32,474 bases of DNA from IMG/VR virus record IMGVR_UViG_3300032321_000801, one strand, 5' to 3'. This stretch comes from an uncultured virus (IMG/VR IMGVR_UViG_3300032321_000801) (Duplodnaviria; Heunggongvirae; Uroviricota; Caudoviricetes). The notes under the pieces are model-generated. The model was not told the DNA's origin. It ran no database searches and saw only the letters and a list, made by a program, of their open reading frames with translations. Each line of letters begins with the position of its first letter. Position 1 is the stretch's first letter. Shown here piece by piece: positions 16,311 through 25,995 of the stretch. The position numbers were made by a program, and so were the translations under genes.

Positions 16311-16732
16311 TATTTAAACCCCTTAACATTAATCGAAATCAAGTCGAGGTTGTTTAACTGCGACAAGACACCTGTGGTGGCGGCGAGTGAAACAGACATT
16401 GCAAACTTGTTTATTACCAAAGCAACCTGCTCCCGTTGTTCTTCGGGAACAGCCAAGTCATCCATTACAGAATCTGTTGCAGCGTCTTTCAAAAGAGAGC
16501 AGTAGGTGTACACCAAAGGAAGAATGGGAGAAATAGCGTTAATTCGCAACTCGCTGTCTTCATATTCTCGTTCCAGCACATCATCTGATGCGGCGTGAAT
16601 GCCTAACTTTTCATCAAAGAAATTGACGTTGGGGATACCCGCATCGAGGAGCAATCCGCGTACTGACAAACCGAGGTCCACCGTTTTTATTTTGGTGCGT
16701 CTTTTACCCCACATTAGTAAAGGTCTCGCCAT
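16310..16732 (-). CDS. Hypothetical protein
   Basis: Tiles the operon; start uncertain. Confidence 0.7.
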   Translation of the reverse strand: MARPLLMWGKRRTKIKTVDLGLSVRGLLLDAGIPNVNFFDEKLGIHAASDDVLEREYEDSELRINAISPILPLVYTYCSLLKDAATDSVMDDLAVPEEQREQVALVINKFAMSVSLAATTGVLSQLNNLDLISINVKGFK

Positions 16733-16998
16733 TCGTTTTTACTCTTTGCTTTATTCTGTCCCTGGTAAAGTTTCCAGTTAGTCATGGTGTGAGGCTTAGG
16801 CTCTACCGCGCTTTTGGGTGCTGGAGGATACTTCTTGTAATCTTGTTTTTGTGCAGGGGTGTCCTCGGCACGTTTCTCTTCTGGAGCACTAAACAATCCA
16901 TCCAAAAGGGCGTTGATAAGCGAGAACAAACGATTGCGCTCAAACTCTCTTCCTGCTTTAAACGCTTCTTCAATAGAATTGAAATTTTTGTCTGTCAT
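16714..16998 (-). CDS. Hypothetical protein (MTDKNFN...)
   Basis: Start moved to 16998, giving ATGA coupling to the polymerase stop. Confidence 0.65.
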   Translation of the reverse strand: MTDKNFNSIEEAFKAGREFERNRLFSLINALLDGLFSAPEEKRAEDTPAQKQDYKKYPPAPKSAVEPKPHTMTNWKLYQGQNKAKSKNEWRDLY

Positions 16999-19034
16999 TT
17001 GGCTTCTCCCCACTTGTTGACGACATTTATATCTGCTACTAATGGTATTGTAATCTCTTTCAGGCGAATTCCCTCCATCGACACGCGAATAGCCTCTACT
17101 GTTTCTTCTACACGGTCTTCGGGGCAAACAGTCACAAGTTCGTCGTGTACCGTGAGAAGAACGTTGATGTCGGGTTCGTCGATGAAACACGAGTGAGCGC
17201 GGATGATGGCAAGTTTCATAATGTCGGCAGCACTGCCCTGAATCATAGTGTTAAACGCCTGTCGTTCTGCGCGAGAAATAAGTCCCATGTTTGTAGAACC
17301 ATCAGGGCTTTTCCTAAACTGAAGTTTCAAATCAGGAAGGTAACGACGACGACCCATCAGGGTTTCGACATACGGAACGGGATTGATTGACCGTGCCTGG
17401 CGAATAACCTTTGCTTTATACTTTGAGATTGACTTAAACCGTTCCTCAAAATTAGTAAGCAAATCTTTGGCTTCTTGGACAGAGCAACCAATGCTTGACG
17501 CAATCTTGTCGGGACCAACGCCATACGAAATGGCAAGAACCAAAACCTTACCCGCCTTGCGGTCGACCCCCATCGTGTTGCCAATAGTTGTGTAGATGTC
17601 CCCGCCCGTGTTGTAATTCTCGACCATAACAGGGTCGTTGCTCAATGCTGCGATAACGCGAGGCTCAATCTGTGAGTAGTCGGCAACCACCAACTTTTGT
17701 CCTGGAGGGGCAACAAACAGATTACGAATTAACTTGCCGTAATCACCTGATGACGGGATGTTCTGCAAGTTTGGCTCACTTGAAGAGAACCGACCAGTCT
17801 CCGCGCCATGCGACTTAAAGTTTGTGTGAACTTTTCCACGAATAAGAAGACTCTCACGGTTAACAACCTTTTCCTTGCCGTTAGTTACGCGCTTAACATC
17901 TCCGCCCTTGTATGGCGTTACGTAGGTAGTCATCAACTTGTTGAGGTCTTGGTACTCCAAGAGTGCGTCAACAAGGTCGTCGGTTCCACGGTAATACTCT
18001 AACGCTTCTGCTCCACACGAAAAGAACGTGTGGTCTGCGGGCTGACCGTCACGATACTTCTGAAGACCGCCCGTTGTAAATACATTAGGGTATTTTTTGT
18101 TTGGCTTTAGTCGGGGCTGGGCGTTGTTCAAAGGGGAAAACAGCAAGAGTTGTTTTTCTTTGACCGAGTTAATTGGGAATGCCTTCCCTGCAATGCGATA
18201 GACATTTGCCTCAGCCTGAATCTTGTCCTCTTCAATCTGCTCGGCAATAATGTCTAACTGAGTGGTGTCAATGGTTGCCCCTGCCAACTCCATGTCACAC
18301 AGCGCAAGGAGAACATCCATTTCCAATTTCCATACTTTCTGGAGGTTGCCGACAATCCTAGGTTTGTACGTTTTGTACATTTTCCAGGTGTACTCGGCAT
18401 CAAGACCTGAGTACTTGGCAACATCAGAGAAAGAGTGTTCTGCAATGTTCTTGCCCACATCTTTTTCCATCTTGATTCGGAACTCTCGCTCAACGCAATC
18501 CTTCATACCTACTTGACGACCGATGCGGTTGTCTGTGATAAACGCAGCCATCATCGTGTCAAAATACGGGGGAACAGGTACGCGCTTGCGATAATACTTG
18601 GCTACAGATTTGAGGTCAAACTTAATGTTGTGACCAATCTTTAACTTATCGCTGAACATGAGCGGCTCGATGGCATCAAATACCTGACGAGGAGTAAGTT
18701 GTTCGGGAGCCTCTCCCCACTTAGCCTTCCACTTACGTTGGTCTTTGGAGTAGTGTGCCTCGGTAATAGGCTTGCCCTCTGCCAAGCGACGTTGACCAGG
18801 AAGAAGCAGTGGTTTTTCCCAGTCTTCAAAGTCGCCGTTAGGGTGACCCATTGGAATGACGTCCACACGAATCTCGTTGTTCAATTCAGTGGCAAACGAA
18901 ATCCAGCACACGTCGTTAATAATGGAATTGATGCGGTGCTCTCCGATAGTCTCTACGTCAAATGCGAAGGCATCAGCCTTCATGTATGCGGAGACAAATT
19001 CGTCAAGTTGTTGTTGCGTTTTAATGATGTTCAT
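16995..19034 (-). CDS. polA: Family A DNA polymerase with 3'-5' exonuclease, no 5'-3' exonuclease
   Basis: Exo motifs DVET, HNIKFD, YSGLD; TGRFSS.EPNLQNIP; motif A ADYSQIEPR; motif B RKAGKVLVLAISYG; motif C VHDEL. Confidence 0.97.
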   Translation of the reverse strand: MNIIKTQQQLDEFVSAYMKADAFAFDVETIGEHRINSIINDVCWISFATELNNEIRVDVIPMGHPNGDFEDWEKPLLLPGQRRLAEGKPITEAHYSKDQRKWKAKWGEAPEQLTPRQVFDAIEPLMFSDKLKIGHNIKFDLKSVAKYYRKRVPVPPYFDTMMAAFITDNRIGRQVGMKDCVEREFRIKMEKDVGKNIAEHSFSDVAKYSGLDAEYTWKMYKTYKPRIVGNLQKVWKLEMDVLLALCDMELAGATIDTTQLDIIAEQIEEDKIQAEANVYRIAGKAFPINSVKEKQLLLFSPLNNAQPRLKPNKKYPNVFTTGGLQKYRDGQPADHTFFSCGAEALEYYRGTDDLVDALLEYQDLNKLMTTYVTPYKGGDVKRVTNGKEKVVNRESLLIRGKVHTNFKSHGAETGRFSSSEPNLQNIPSSGDYGKLIRNLFVAPPGQKLVVADYSQIEPRVIAALSNDPVMVENYNTGGDIYTTIGNTMGVDRKAGKVLVLAISYGVGPDKIASSIGCSVQEAKDLLTNFEERFKSISKYKAKVIRQARSINPVPYVETLMGRRRYLPDLKLQFRKSPDGSTNMGLISRAERQAFNTMIQGSAADIMKLAIIRAHSCFIDEPDINVLLTVHDELVTVCPEDRVEETVEAIRVSMEGIRLKEITIPLVADINVVNKWGEAK

Positions 19035-19056
19035 AGTTACCCCCTATAGATGTTTA

Positions 19057-19087
19057 GGGGGCTGAGACTTGCGCAGTCCCAGCCCCC
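19057..19087 (-). terminator. 13-bp stem-loop downstream of the SSB gene (terminator/attenuator or 3' stabiliser)
   Basis: - strand GGGGGCTGGGACT-GCGCA-AGTCTCAGCCCCC pairs fully with one G-U only on this strand; no U-tract follows. Confidence 0.7.
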
Positions 19088-19098
19088 GTGTGGAGACC

Positions 19099-19758
19099 TT
19101 AGTCGGTCATCCGAGCGGCGATTTCACGCGCAACCTCTACGTGCTCTTCACGAGAAGCAACATAAATGCTGCTTGCATCGTAGCACACTGCCGAGGTAGC
19201 GGCTTCCTCCGCCACAGCGGGGTCAAAGCCCCACTCGCTGGCAAGGTCTTCCGACTTGACACGTTCGAGGGTATAAAGCGTGTCCTTACCAGTTCCTGAG
19301 CGAGAAATAGCCCAGTAGTACTTTGTGAGCGGTCCGCGACGTGGGTCGTTGTTCGCTTCACGCAACTGACGCATGAGCGTCGGGGGCGCGGTGAGAACTT
19401 CCACCGTGGGCGTCTCTGCCGAAAGGTTGAGAACGTTGAAGGCAAAGCGAGGGCGCGGAATGCTCTTCGCAATAGTAGTCAACGGGTCATCCTCGCCAAG
19501 CGAGACGAACGAACGCTTGCCCGACTCACGAGTCAGCCAGTGGAGTTCGTAGGTGTGGAAGGGACCATCCTCAAGGAAGCGAACCAACTGTGCGGTCTCG
19601 CTCGGCTTAAAGTCGTCGCCGTACTTCTTTTTGCTCGTAAGCAACTTGTCGGCGGCGTCCCATCCAGACTGCACGGAGGTTCCGTGCTTGGGGGTGGCAA
19701 CTGCGGAGTCTTCTTGCAACTCGTAGTCACCGCTATCAACGGTCGGCATATTGACCAT
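19099..19758 (-). CDS. ssb: Single-stranded DNA-binding protein (gp32-like)
   Basis: LVRFL...HW...RFAFNVL...YWAISRSGTG..T.Y pattern; position next to the polymerase; start moved to 19758 (AAGGAG RBS). Confidence 0.7.
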   Translation of the reverse strand: MVNMPTVDSGDYELQEDSAVATPKHGTSVQSGWDAADKLLTSKKKYGDDFKPSETAQLVRFLEDGPFHTYELHWLTRESGKRSFVSLGEDDPLTTIAKSIPRPRFAFNVLNLSAETPTVEVLTAPPTLMRQLREANNDPRRGPLTKYYWAISRSGTGKDTLYTLERVKSEDLASEWGFDPAVAEEAATSAVCYDASSIYVASREEHVEVAREIAARMTD

Positions 19759-19772
19759 CTTGTTTCTCCTTG

Positions 19773-19823
19773 TTAGGTAATGAGGCATCAGCACTCGTTA
19801 GGGTTTGAGGCACTAGGCACTCG
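19773..19823 (-). repeat. Imperfect tandem repeat (26 + 25 nt) in the SSB leader
   Basis: CGAGTGCCTAGTGCCTCAAACCCTAA followed by CGAGTGCTGATGCCTCATTACCTAA, directly before the RBS. Confidence 0.75.
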
Positions 19824-20295
19824 GTTCGGTGGATTCCTTCCATCGGCTAAAGATAGCCTTTTTCAGGTCTCCGTTCCTGTTCCACTCTACACGAGCGGAG
19901 CCAAGAAGTCCTCGATTTTCAAACTCTTCGATAGCAATTTCAATAAGTTCCCGTGTGTATACGCGGTTGCCATTTACTTTCTTTCCTTGAAGAGTCTTAG
20001 AACGAAGTCTATAGGGAGCGGTGGGGATGTACCCCTTTTTCTCCCAGTGTCGAATTGTGACTACTTGTTTTTCCAGAGCCAGTGCTAACGCACCAATGCT
20101 GAAAAGTTCGGTCTCCACACCCTTCACTATTTTCACAATGGGATTTGCATCCCATCCGTTTGTGTCGCCTTTAAGTCTAGCATTTTTCTTTGCAATCTTA
20201 GAAGGCTCGTCAATTCTGGCGTGTCGTGACCCTGGTCGGGTATTGAGGTTTTCGAACGCCTTAAGAATCTCCTTTTCGGAGCGCAACCCTACCAC
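19813..20295 (-). CDS. MerR-like HTH DNA-binding protein
   Basis: FSIGALALALEKQVVTIRHWEKKGYIP...RVYT. Confidence 0.85.
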   Translation of the reverse strand: MVGLRSEKEILKAFENLNTRPGSRHARIDEPSKIAKKNARLKGDTNGWDANPIVKIVKGVETELFSIGALALALEKQVVTIRHWEKKGYIPTAPYRLRSKTLQGKKVNGNRVYTRELIEIAIEEFENRGLLGSARVEWNRNGDLKKAIFSRWKESTEPSA

Positions 20296-20298
20296 GGG

Positions 20299-20739
20299 TT
20301 ACTTCTTGGTGTTCAAAGCCCACGTAACCGTAACGGGGAACATCTGGTCGAGTTCGTCTTCGGTAAGAGTCTCGTCAAAACGCATGGCAAGAAGCGCATC
20401 TTCATCAATGACGCGGATGGTTTTGTATGCCTGTTCTTCGATGCCGTGGTCAGCAATGATTTCTTCGGCGCGTGTCTCGTCAAGTTTACGCGAAGTGCGT
20501 CGAGTTTTGATAAACCGAACAACTCCGTCCAAGGGCTTTTCGAGGTCTAAAACAACATTTCCCGATTCGTCTTCTTGACCGTGCGCCTCTACATGGGCAA
20601 TGATGTTGTCGCGCAGTTCTTTTGAGCGGGTCTCCATGTGAGACATGCTTTCCTTAAGCCGAACGTATTCGCGCATCATTGAGTCGGGAGAATTTGGGTC
20701 GTAAAATTCTCGAACTTCTTCTTCAATAATTCTAGGCAT
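20299..20739 (-). CDS. Hypothetical protein with N-terminal coiled coil
   Basis: AGGAGG RBS; helical N-terminus followed by a mixed domain. Confidence 0.75.
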   Translation of the reverse strand: MPRIIEEEVREFYDPNSPDSMMREYVRLKESMSHMETRSKELRDNIIAHVEAHGQEDESGNVVLDLEKPLDGVVRFIKTRRTSRKLDETRAEEIIADHGIEEQAYKTIRVIDEDALLAMRFDETLTEDELDQMFPVTVTWALNTKK

Positions 20740-20748
20740 TGCACCCTC

Positions 20749-22320
20749 CTAAATTCGTGGCGTTAGAAAGTCGATTAGGCTTCCTATAGTGAGGTCTACC
20801 CCACCCTTTGAGTTTATACCATTGCCGTCAAGAACGGCGTTGGCTATGGCTATTTTTTGCCTGAGCGTGTCGTACTGCCGCTCTTCAATGGAGTCCTTAA
20901 CCAAGATGTCTTGAATCGTAATGGTCTCCCATTCAGAAGAGGCTCTGTTAATGCGCCCATTGCGTTGCATTGCCATACCGCTTGACCAGGGTTGGTCGTA
21001 ATTGACCAACAAGTTTCCTTCGGGAAGGTCGACACCATAGCCACCAGCATCAGAACTAACCAAGACGCGGGTATTTGGGTCTGCCTTAAATACTGTCTTG
21101 TTAATTTCTTTTTCTCGTGCATTCATTTCTCCCGTGTAAGCAATGGCGTGAATTCCCTTGTTGTGTAGTCGTGCGACAATTTCGTCAACAGAACCTAAAT
21201 AGGAAGAGAACACCACAGCCTTGTACGACGAGTCAATGTCTAAGTGTTCCATTAGATATCCGATTGTCGCGTCTAATTTTGGGGTTTTATCTAAACCGTC
21301 TAGAAGTCCTTGTTCTCCCATTTCATGAACAAACGCGCTTCCCTTACCCTCCATTTTTGCAAAGTTTTCATAACTATCTTTGAGAAGTTTTGGGTTTGAG
21401 CAGAGCATTCGCAACGCAGTAATGCGCGACATGATTTTGCCTCGCATTTCATTGGCAGGGTCATTTTGCTGTTGCGCTTGACCGTAGTGTGCTTGAATAC
21501 TGAAGTTGCTCCCGAACAAACTGGACGCTTGCGTTAGGAGGTCTAATAAATCGGTAGCGATATAGTTGTAAACTTTTTTTGTTTTTGCATCTGCAGTGAC
21601 AAGCAAGGGTTCTCGGTACACAGCGTCGGGAAGGTACGGCTTAACGTCTTCATCTGTTTGTGCCTTGCGGACAGAGTGGTCGGATAAAGTTTTGTGCAAA
21701 GTTGGCAAGTTTCGGTAACGGTCAACCCCACCAAAGTAGTTGCGAACAATAAACGTTTGGTCAAATAAATCAAACCTGCCTAGAACCGCAGGATTGACAA
21801 ACTGCATGATTGAATAAATTTCTTCGGGTCTGCCGTTCTCAATTGGCGTACCTGTTAGGGCAAACCTAATAGGAATCTTGCGCGAAAGTTCTTTGACTTT
21901 CTTTGCCCGCTTTGCACGGAAGCCCTTGATAGCGGTTGCTTCGTCGCAAATAACGGCATCAAAGGTTTTGTCTTTTAAATGGTCCCAGTCTCGCAATACT
22001 TGTTCATAGTTCATTATGACGTAGTGATATTGGTGCAACTGTGAATACTGGTCGGCACGTTGTTTGGGAGTACCGTCAATTACTAGAGAACGATAGTCGG
22101 TAAACTTTTCTATTTCCTTTTGCCACTGGTACTTCAGTGAGGCTAGGCAGATGACTAGGACAGTTTCTTTAACTTCCCTTTGGGAGCGCAGTTCTTCGAT
22201 AGCCGCAATGGTCATAGGTGTTTTGCCCAAACCCATTTGATACGCGACAAGAATCTTTTTCTTATCCACCATCTTTGCGACGGCATCGATTTGATACGGT
22301 TTTAGTGTTCCTTTAAACAT
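20749..22320 (-). CDS. SNF2-family helicase
   Basis: LKPYQ, MGLGKT, CDEAT, LTGTPIEN, VVFS, GGYGVDL, QRNGRINR. Start moved to MFKGTL at 22320. Confidence 0.93.
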   Translation of the reverse strand: MFKGTLKPYQIDAVAKMVDKKKILVAYQMGLGKTPMTIAAIEELRSQREVKETVLVICLASLKYQWQKEIEKFTDYRSLVIDGTPKQRADQYSQLHQYHYVIMNYEQVLRDWDHLKDKTFDAVICDEATAIKGFRAKRAKKVKELSRKIPIRFALTGTPIENGRPEEIYSIMQFVNPAVLGRFDLFDQTFIVRNYFGGVDRYRNLPTLHKTLSDHSVRKAQTDEDVKPYLPDAVYREPLLVTADAKTKKVYNYIATDLLDLLTQASSLFGSNFSIQAHYGQAQQQNDPANEMRGKIMSRITALRMLCSNPKLLKDSYENFAKMEGKGSAFVHEMGEQGLLDGLDKTPKLDATIGYLMEHLDIDSSYKAVVFSSYLGSVDEIVARLHNKGIHAIAYTGEMNAREKEINKTVFKADPNTRVLVSSDAGGYGVDLPEGNLLVNYDQPWSSGMAMQRNGRINRASSEWETITIQDILVKDSIEERQYDTLRQKIAIANAVLDGNGINSKGGVDLTIGSLIDFLTPRI

Positions 22321-23290
22321 ACGCTTTCTCACCGAGTAATGACGATTGTGCGGTGGAAATTCCCCACTCAATCTCACTATCGGTGAGGTCGCCAGGGTCT
22401 TTCTTCCCTGTATCACCATAGTTGAAAAACACTAAATTTACACCGTATTTATTAGCCAGTTTCGAAAGGCTGTCCGAAGCGGATTTACCTGCTTTATCAA
22501 CCTTGGGGTTGTCAAACGCCGCGATGATTCGGTCAGCACTACGGATTAACTTAAACTGATTCTCGCTAATGTTTGAGCCGCAGATGGCGAGCACATTGCG
22601 AATACCTGCGGTGTACATGCGGGCGCAGTCAAGCGGCGACTCGACCAACACAACCTCGCCGTCTTGCAGGTTGCGGATTCCAAACAAAGTTGAAGACATC
22701 TTCAGCCCCGCTGGATGGTTGCGAAAAGTTCGATTGATTGTTCCCTTTTCCTGCCACCCAAGGAGTTCTCCCGTGAGGGCTTCGCGGACGGGGAGAATCC
22801 ACTCCGACTTATTGCCATCCCACACAATCCCGTAATGAGTTGCTGCTTCCGAACTGATGTTGCGTTTGCGGAGTTCGTCCACGGGCGGCTCAATGAACAC
22901 CGCCAACCGTGCTTCCGACATGGGAACTGGTTTAGGAAGGGCGTCCACCCGTGTGCGAATGGTGCTGAACATCTCCATGAGTTTGTCGGGGGTTACCTCG
23001 TAAATCTTTGCAAGCCATGCCTTGGCTTCTGCGTAGTCGTACTCGATTACACCGCCCCAACCCCGTGATTTAAACGGAACAACATCACAGACAAGTTGGA
23101 GGAGGCTCCCCTTGTAGTGGCACGAGAAACAGATATGTGCGCCTGTCTCGGTGTTTATCCACCAAGATGGGGAGTGGTCTTCCTTGCCAGTACGCTCCCT
23201 GTGCATGGGGCAAATGGCGTTAGCCTCTACGCCACGGACCTCGTACTCTATGCCCAGCGTGTCAAGAACATCTTCTATGGCTACGTTCAC
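22313..23290 (-). CDS. dnaG: DNA primase (CHC2 zinc finger + TOPRIM)
   Basis: CPMH...PSW...CFSC; LVESPLD; AFDN...DKAG; KDPGD. Confidence 0.9.
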   Translation of the reverse strand: MNVAIEDVLDTLGIEYEVRGVEANAICPMHRERTGKEDHSPSWWINTETGAHICFSCHYKGSLLQLVCDVVPFKSRGWGGVIEYDYAEAKAWLAKIYEVTPDKLMEMFSTIRTRVDALPKPVPMSEARLAVFIEPPVDELRKRNISSEAATHYGIVWDGNKSEWILPVREALTGELLGWQEKGTINRTFRNHPAGLKMSSTLFGIRNLQDGEVVLVESPLDCARMYTAGIRNVLAICGSNISENQFKLIRSADRIIAAFDNPKVDKAGKSASDSLSKLANKYGVNLVFFNYGDTGKKDPGDLTDSEIEWGISTAQSSLLGEKAYV

Positions 23291-24537
23291 GAGGGTGTCC
23301 AGGTCGCGCAGAACTTACACGTAGGCTGCTTGGACTCGTCATGGAAACACCCCGTATCCCATCCCCAAGTGATTGAAGTCTCGGAAGGGGGACAGTTACG
23401 GGACTGCACAACCTTGAGAATACGAATGTTTTCGTCATCGTCTACGGGTTCAAGCCCAAGGATTACATCAGAGTCCTGAAAGAACGAGGACGAGTAACCG
23501 ATTGAATCTGCCGACACTTTGTTGCCACGCATCTTCCACAAAAGGGTTTGCGTGGTGATTACTACGGGGATATTCAATCGCTGGGCTACGCGCTTCAACG
23601 CCCTAGTTATATTAGTCAGTGCTTGAGGGGTGTTCGCTTCTCCAGTAACTGAATCCATCATCAAGTATACGCCGTCTACAAAGAGGATATCGGGGTTAAG
23701 TTGCTCTGCTTTGGCAACCAAAGAATCGACCGTCAGTCCGTTGATTGCATCCACCAAATGGAAGGGCTGCTTGCCCTCGGAGTCCGCCAGCATGTCGTGG
23801 TAGCGGGTCTCTTCGCTCTCAAACAACTTGCCTCGACGAAGTCGACCGTGAGAGATGTGTGCCCGCATGGAGTCGTGTCGCTGGAGTTGTTCGTGGTTGT
23901 TCATCTCAAAGGACTGGAACATGGGTACTTTCCCATCTTCGTGGACGTTGATAGCCATCTGCAGTGCAATCTGTGACTTACCAGTTTTTGGGGGAGCAAT
24001 GACGGTAATCAACTGTCCGCCCTGAAGTCCTGCGGTTGCTTCGTCAATCTTCTCGAACCCCGTGCCGATTCCGAGAAGGACCGAGTTCTGTACGTTCTCG
24101 TAATCCTTGAAACGTGATGTTGGGTCGGCGTTGACATCAATGTGGGTCGTTCCCTGGATGCCCTGCGCGTTGACCAACGTAACCGTATTGGACATCTCAA
24201 GGATGGCGGACTCATGGTCGTTTCCCTGAAGTTTTTCGATGACCGTGCTTGCGCCCTGAAGCGCAATCGTCTTGCGACGAAACGCAATCGTCTGGTCAAT
24301 TAAGTAGTCAATTGTGTCTTCGACTTTGAGCGCGGTGAAGTTTGGGTAGTTGTCCTTGACCGTGGTGTAAGTCGGAACCTCGCTGTACGTGCCGTAGTGT
24401 TCGCGGACAAACTTCCAGACACGACGCAGGTCATCGTCGACAATCCAGTCGTCTTTTACTCCCGCCTCAATGACGGGAATGATGTTACGGTCAGTAATGA
24501 CTTTACTGACCAAACGATATTCATTATCGTGTGCCAT
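23287..24537 (-). CDS. dnaB: DnaB-like replicative helicase
   Basis: TGF..ID..T.GLQ.GQL, Walker A APPKTGKS, SFEM, ILFVDG, LK.VA..LNIPVV, QDSD. Confidence 0.93.
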   Translation of the reverse strand: MAHDNEYRLVSKVITDRNIIPVIEAGVKDDWIVDDDLRRVWKFVREHYGTYSEVPTYTTVKDNYPNFTALKVEDTIDYLIDQTIAFRRKTIALQGASTVIEKLQGNDHESAILEMSNTVTLVNAQGIQGTTHIDVNADPTSRFKDYENVQNSVLLGIGTGFEKIDEATAGLQGGQLITVIAPPKTGKSQIALQMAINVHEDGKVPMFQSFEMNNHEQLQRHDSMRAHISHGRLRRGKLFESEETRYHDMLADSEGKQPFHLVDAINGLTVDSLVAKAEQLNPDILFVDGVYLMMDSVTGEANTPQALTNITRALKRVAQRLNIPVVITTQTLLWKMRGNKVSADSIGYSSSFFQDSDVILGLEPVDDDENIRILKVVQSRNCPPSETSITWGWDTGCFHDESKQPTCKFCATWTPS

Positions 24538-24557
24538 GCTTTACCCTCCAGTAAAAA

Positions 24558-24968
24558 CTATAAATTATTGAGTTCGACACCCCAGGAGCCGAATCGCGCA
24601 ACGCCCCCCTGGGTGTCTACTATACCCTTCAAATTTGGTCGGTACGGTAGGTCGTCCCGAAGTTCTTTCCAATCATCGTACAGATTAGCGTAAGCAAAGG
24701 GGTTCCCGCCTCTGTTGTCCAACTTCTCCATCAGCGTGTCGAGTTCGGTTTGAGTCCAGCCGTCCTCGGCAAACCCAGCAAGTTCGACAACCAGCCCGTA
24801 ATTAAATTGTATGTTCCACAGGTGACTAAGTTGTTCTTTCTTAAACTTAATCTTTCTCTCTGTTTTTTTGAGAAACCTTCCTGTGTCTTCCGAGTAAACG
24901 TCGCAAACCACTTCCGAGGTTACGATAATTCTTGGTGGAGAGTCGTTTGAAATGTCGCCGTTTATCAC
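24558..24968 (-). CDS. Hypothetical protein
   Basis: GTGA coupling within the replication operon. Confidence 0.75.
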   Translation of the reverse strand: MINGDISNDSPPRIIVTSEVVCDVYSEDTGRFLKKTERKIKFKKEQLSHLWNIQFNYGLVVELAGFAEDGWTQTELDTLMEKLDNRGGNPFAYANLYDDWKELRDDLPYRPNLKGIVDTQGGVARFGSWGVELNNL

Positions 24969-25273
24969 TCGACAAATCCGATTTTGCCGTACCGAAGAAT
25001 GAAATCGCGGAATGATTCGGCGGTATCTCCCATCGCCAGTATTTCTTCCTCTTCAACTTCATCGGGAACTTTAAGTGACCAAGTGCCGTCGTTGGTGCGG
25101 AGTTCTTTCTTTACCTTTGCAACGTGAGAGCATCGGCTGGAAGACGCAAACTTGGGGCACGAACAGCGCATGATGCGCCAGTTTACGCTGTCTGCCTCGA
25201 CCTCAAACACTCCTTCTTCGGACAAGAAGAACTGGATGGTGCGCCAATCTGCTTCCATTTTTGCTTCTCTCAT
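24965..25273 (-). CDS. SWIM zinc-finger protein
   Basis: FEV...CSCPKF...CSH (CxC...CxH). Confidence 0.8.
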   Translation of the reverse strand: MREAKMEADWRTIQFFLSEEGVFEVEADSVNWRIMRCSCPKFASSSRCSHVAKVKKELRTNDGTWSLKVPDEVEEEEILAMGDTAESFRDFILRYGKIGFVE

Positions 25274-25995
25274 TACGCTCTCCGAAGGTCCTCTCCGTCT
25301 ATTGTAACGCGACGGAACGCCTCATACGCGAATGAACCCATTGCCTCTGAATATTTCTGCGCCCAGTTTTCGCGCTTGGTATTTGTGGTAATGATGGTGG
25401 GAAGTCCTCGGTCATACCGAGAACGGAGAATCTCGTCGAAAGAGAAGTCGTCGTACTTGGAACCGTATTCCTTGCCCAAGTCATCCAGCACGAGGATGCG
25501 AACATTAAATCGGTCATCCCTTGCGCGACCGTGGAACCCTTCCATCTCCGCGATAAGGGAACGCTTCTCTTCGGGGTCAGCCTCAAAAGTTGCTTTCTTC
25601 TTCCAAAGCATGTCGGTCATGGTCAGGTAATGGATGGGGCGACACTTCAGTCCGAAGTCTTCCGCCGAGTAGTGGAGCAACTTGCGGGTATCGGTTTCGT
25701 TCTCTGGCAAGTTGCGGACAACCTCCATCAGTGTGGTTACCGCGTGGGTTGTCTTTCCCATTCCAGGCTTGCCGTCAAACAAAAGTCCAACGCCCGTGAT
25801 GCCAAGACCGCCGTTGTTCATGACCACCAAGCCTTCGCTCAAGTCACGAATCCAGTCATTGATTTCCTCAGGAAACCGACCCTTGTCTCGAACAATGTCG
25901 GATGGTTCAAATCCCCAAAACCGCGACGGGATGTTTGAAGTCTTGACCATCCAGTGTCGCTTGATAGGTGAAAGTTTAGAAACGTCATACGTCAT
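25273..25995 (-). CDS. dnaC: DnaC/IstB-like AAA+ helicase loader
   Basis: IPSRF, Walker A GKPGMGKT, LVLDDLGKE, RSRYD..LPTIITTN. Start moved to MTYDV at 25995. Confidence 0.9.
   Translation of the reverse strand: MTYDVSKLSPIKRHWMVKTSNIPSRFWGFEPSDIVRDKGRFPEEINDWIRDLSEGLVVMNNGGLGITGVGLLFDGKPGMGKTTHAVTTLMEVVRNLPENETDTRKLLHYSAEDFGLKCRPIHYLTMTDMLWKKKATFEADPEEKRSLIAEMEGFHGRARDDRFNVRILVLDDLGKEYGSKYDDFSFDEILRSRYDRGLPTIITTNTKRENWAQKYSEAMGSFAYEAFRRVTIDGEDLRRA

Noticed and set aside
16995..24537. Inteins or introns in polymerase, helicases or primase
   Set aside because: Lengths are normal, motifs are contiguous, and no intein splice motifs were seen.
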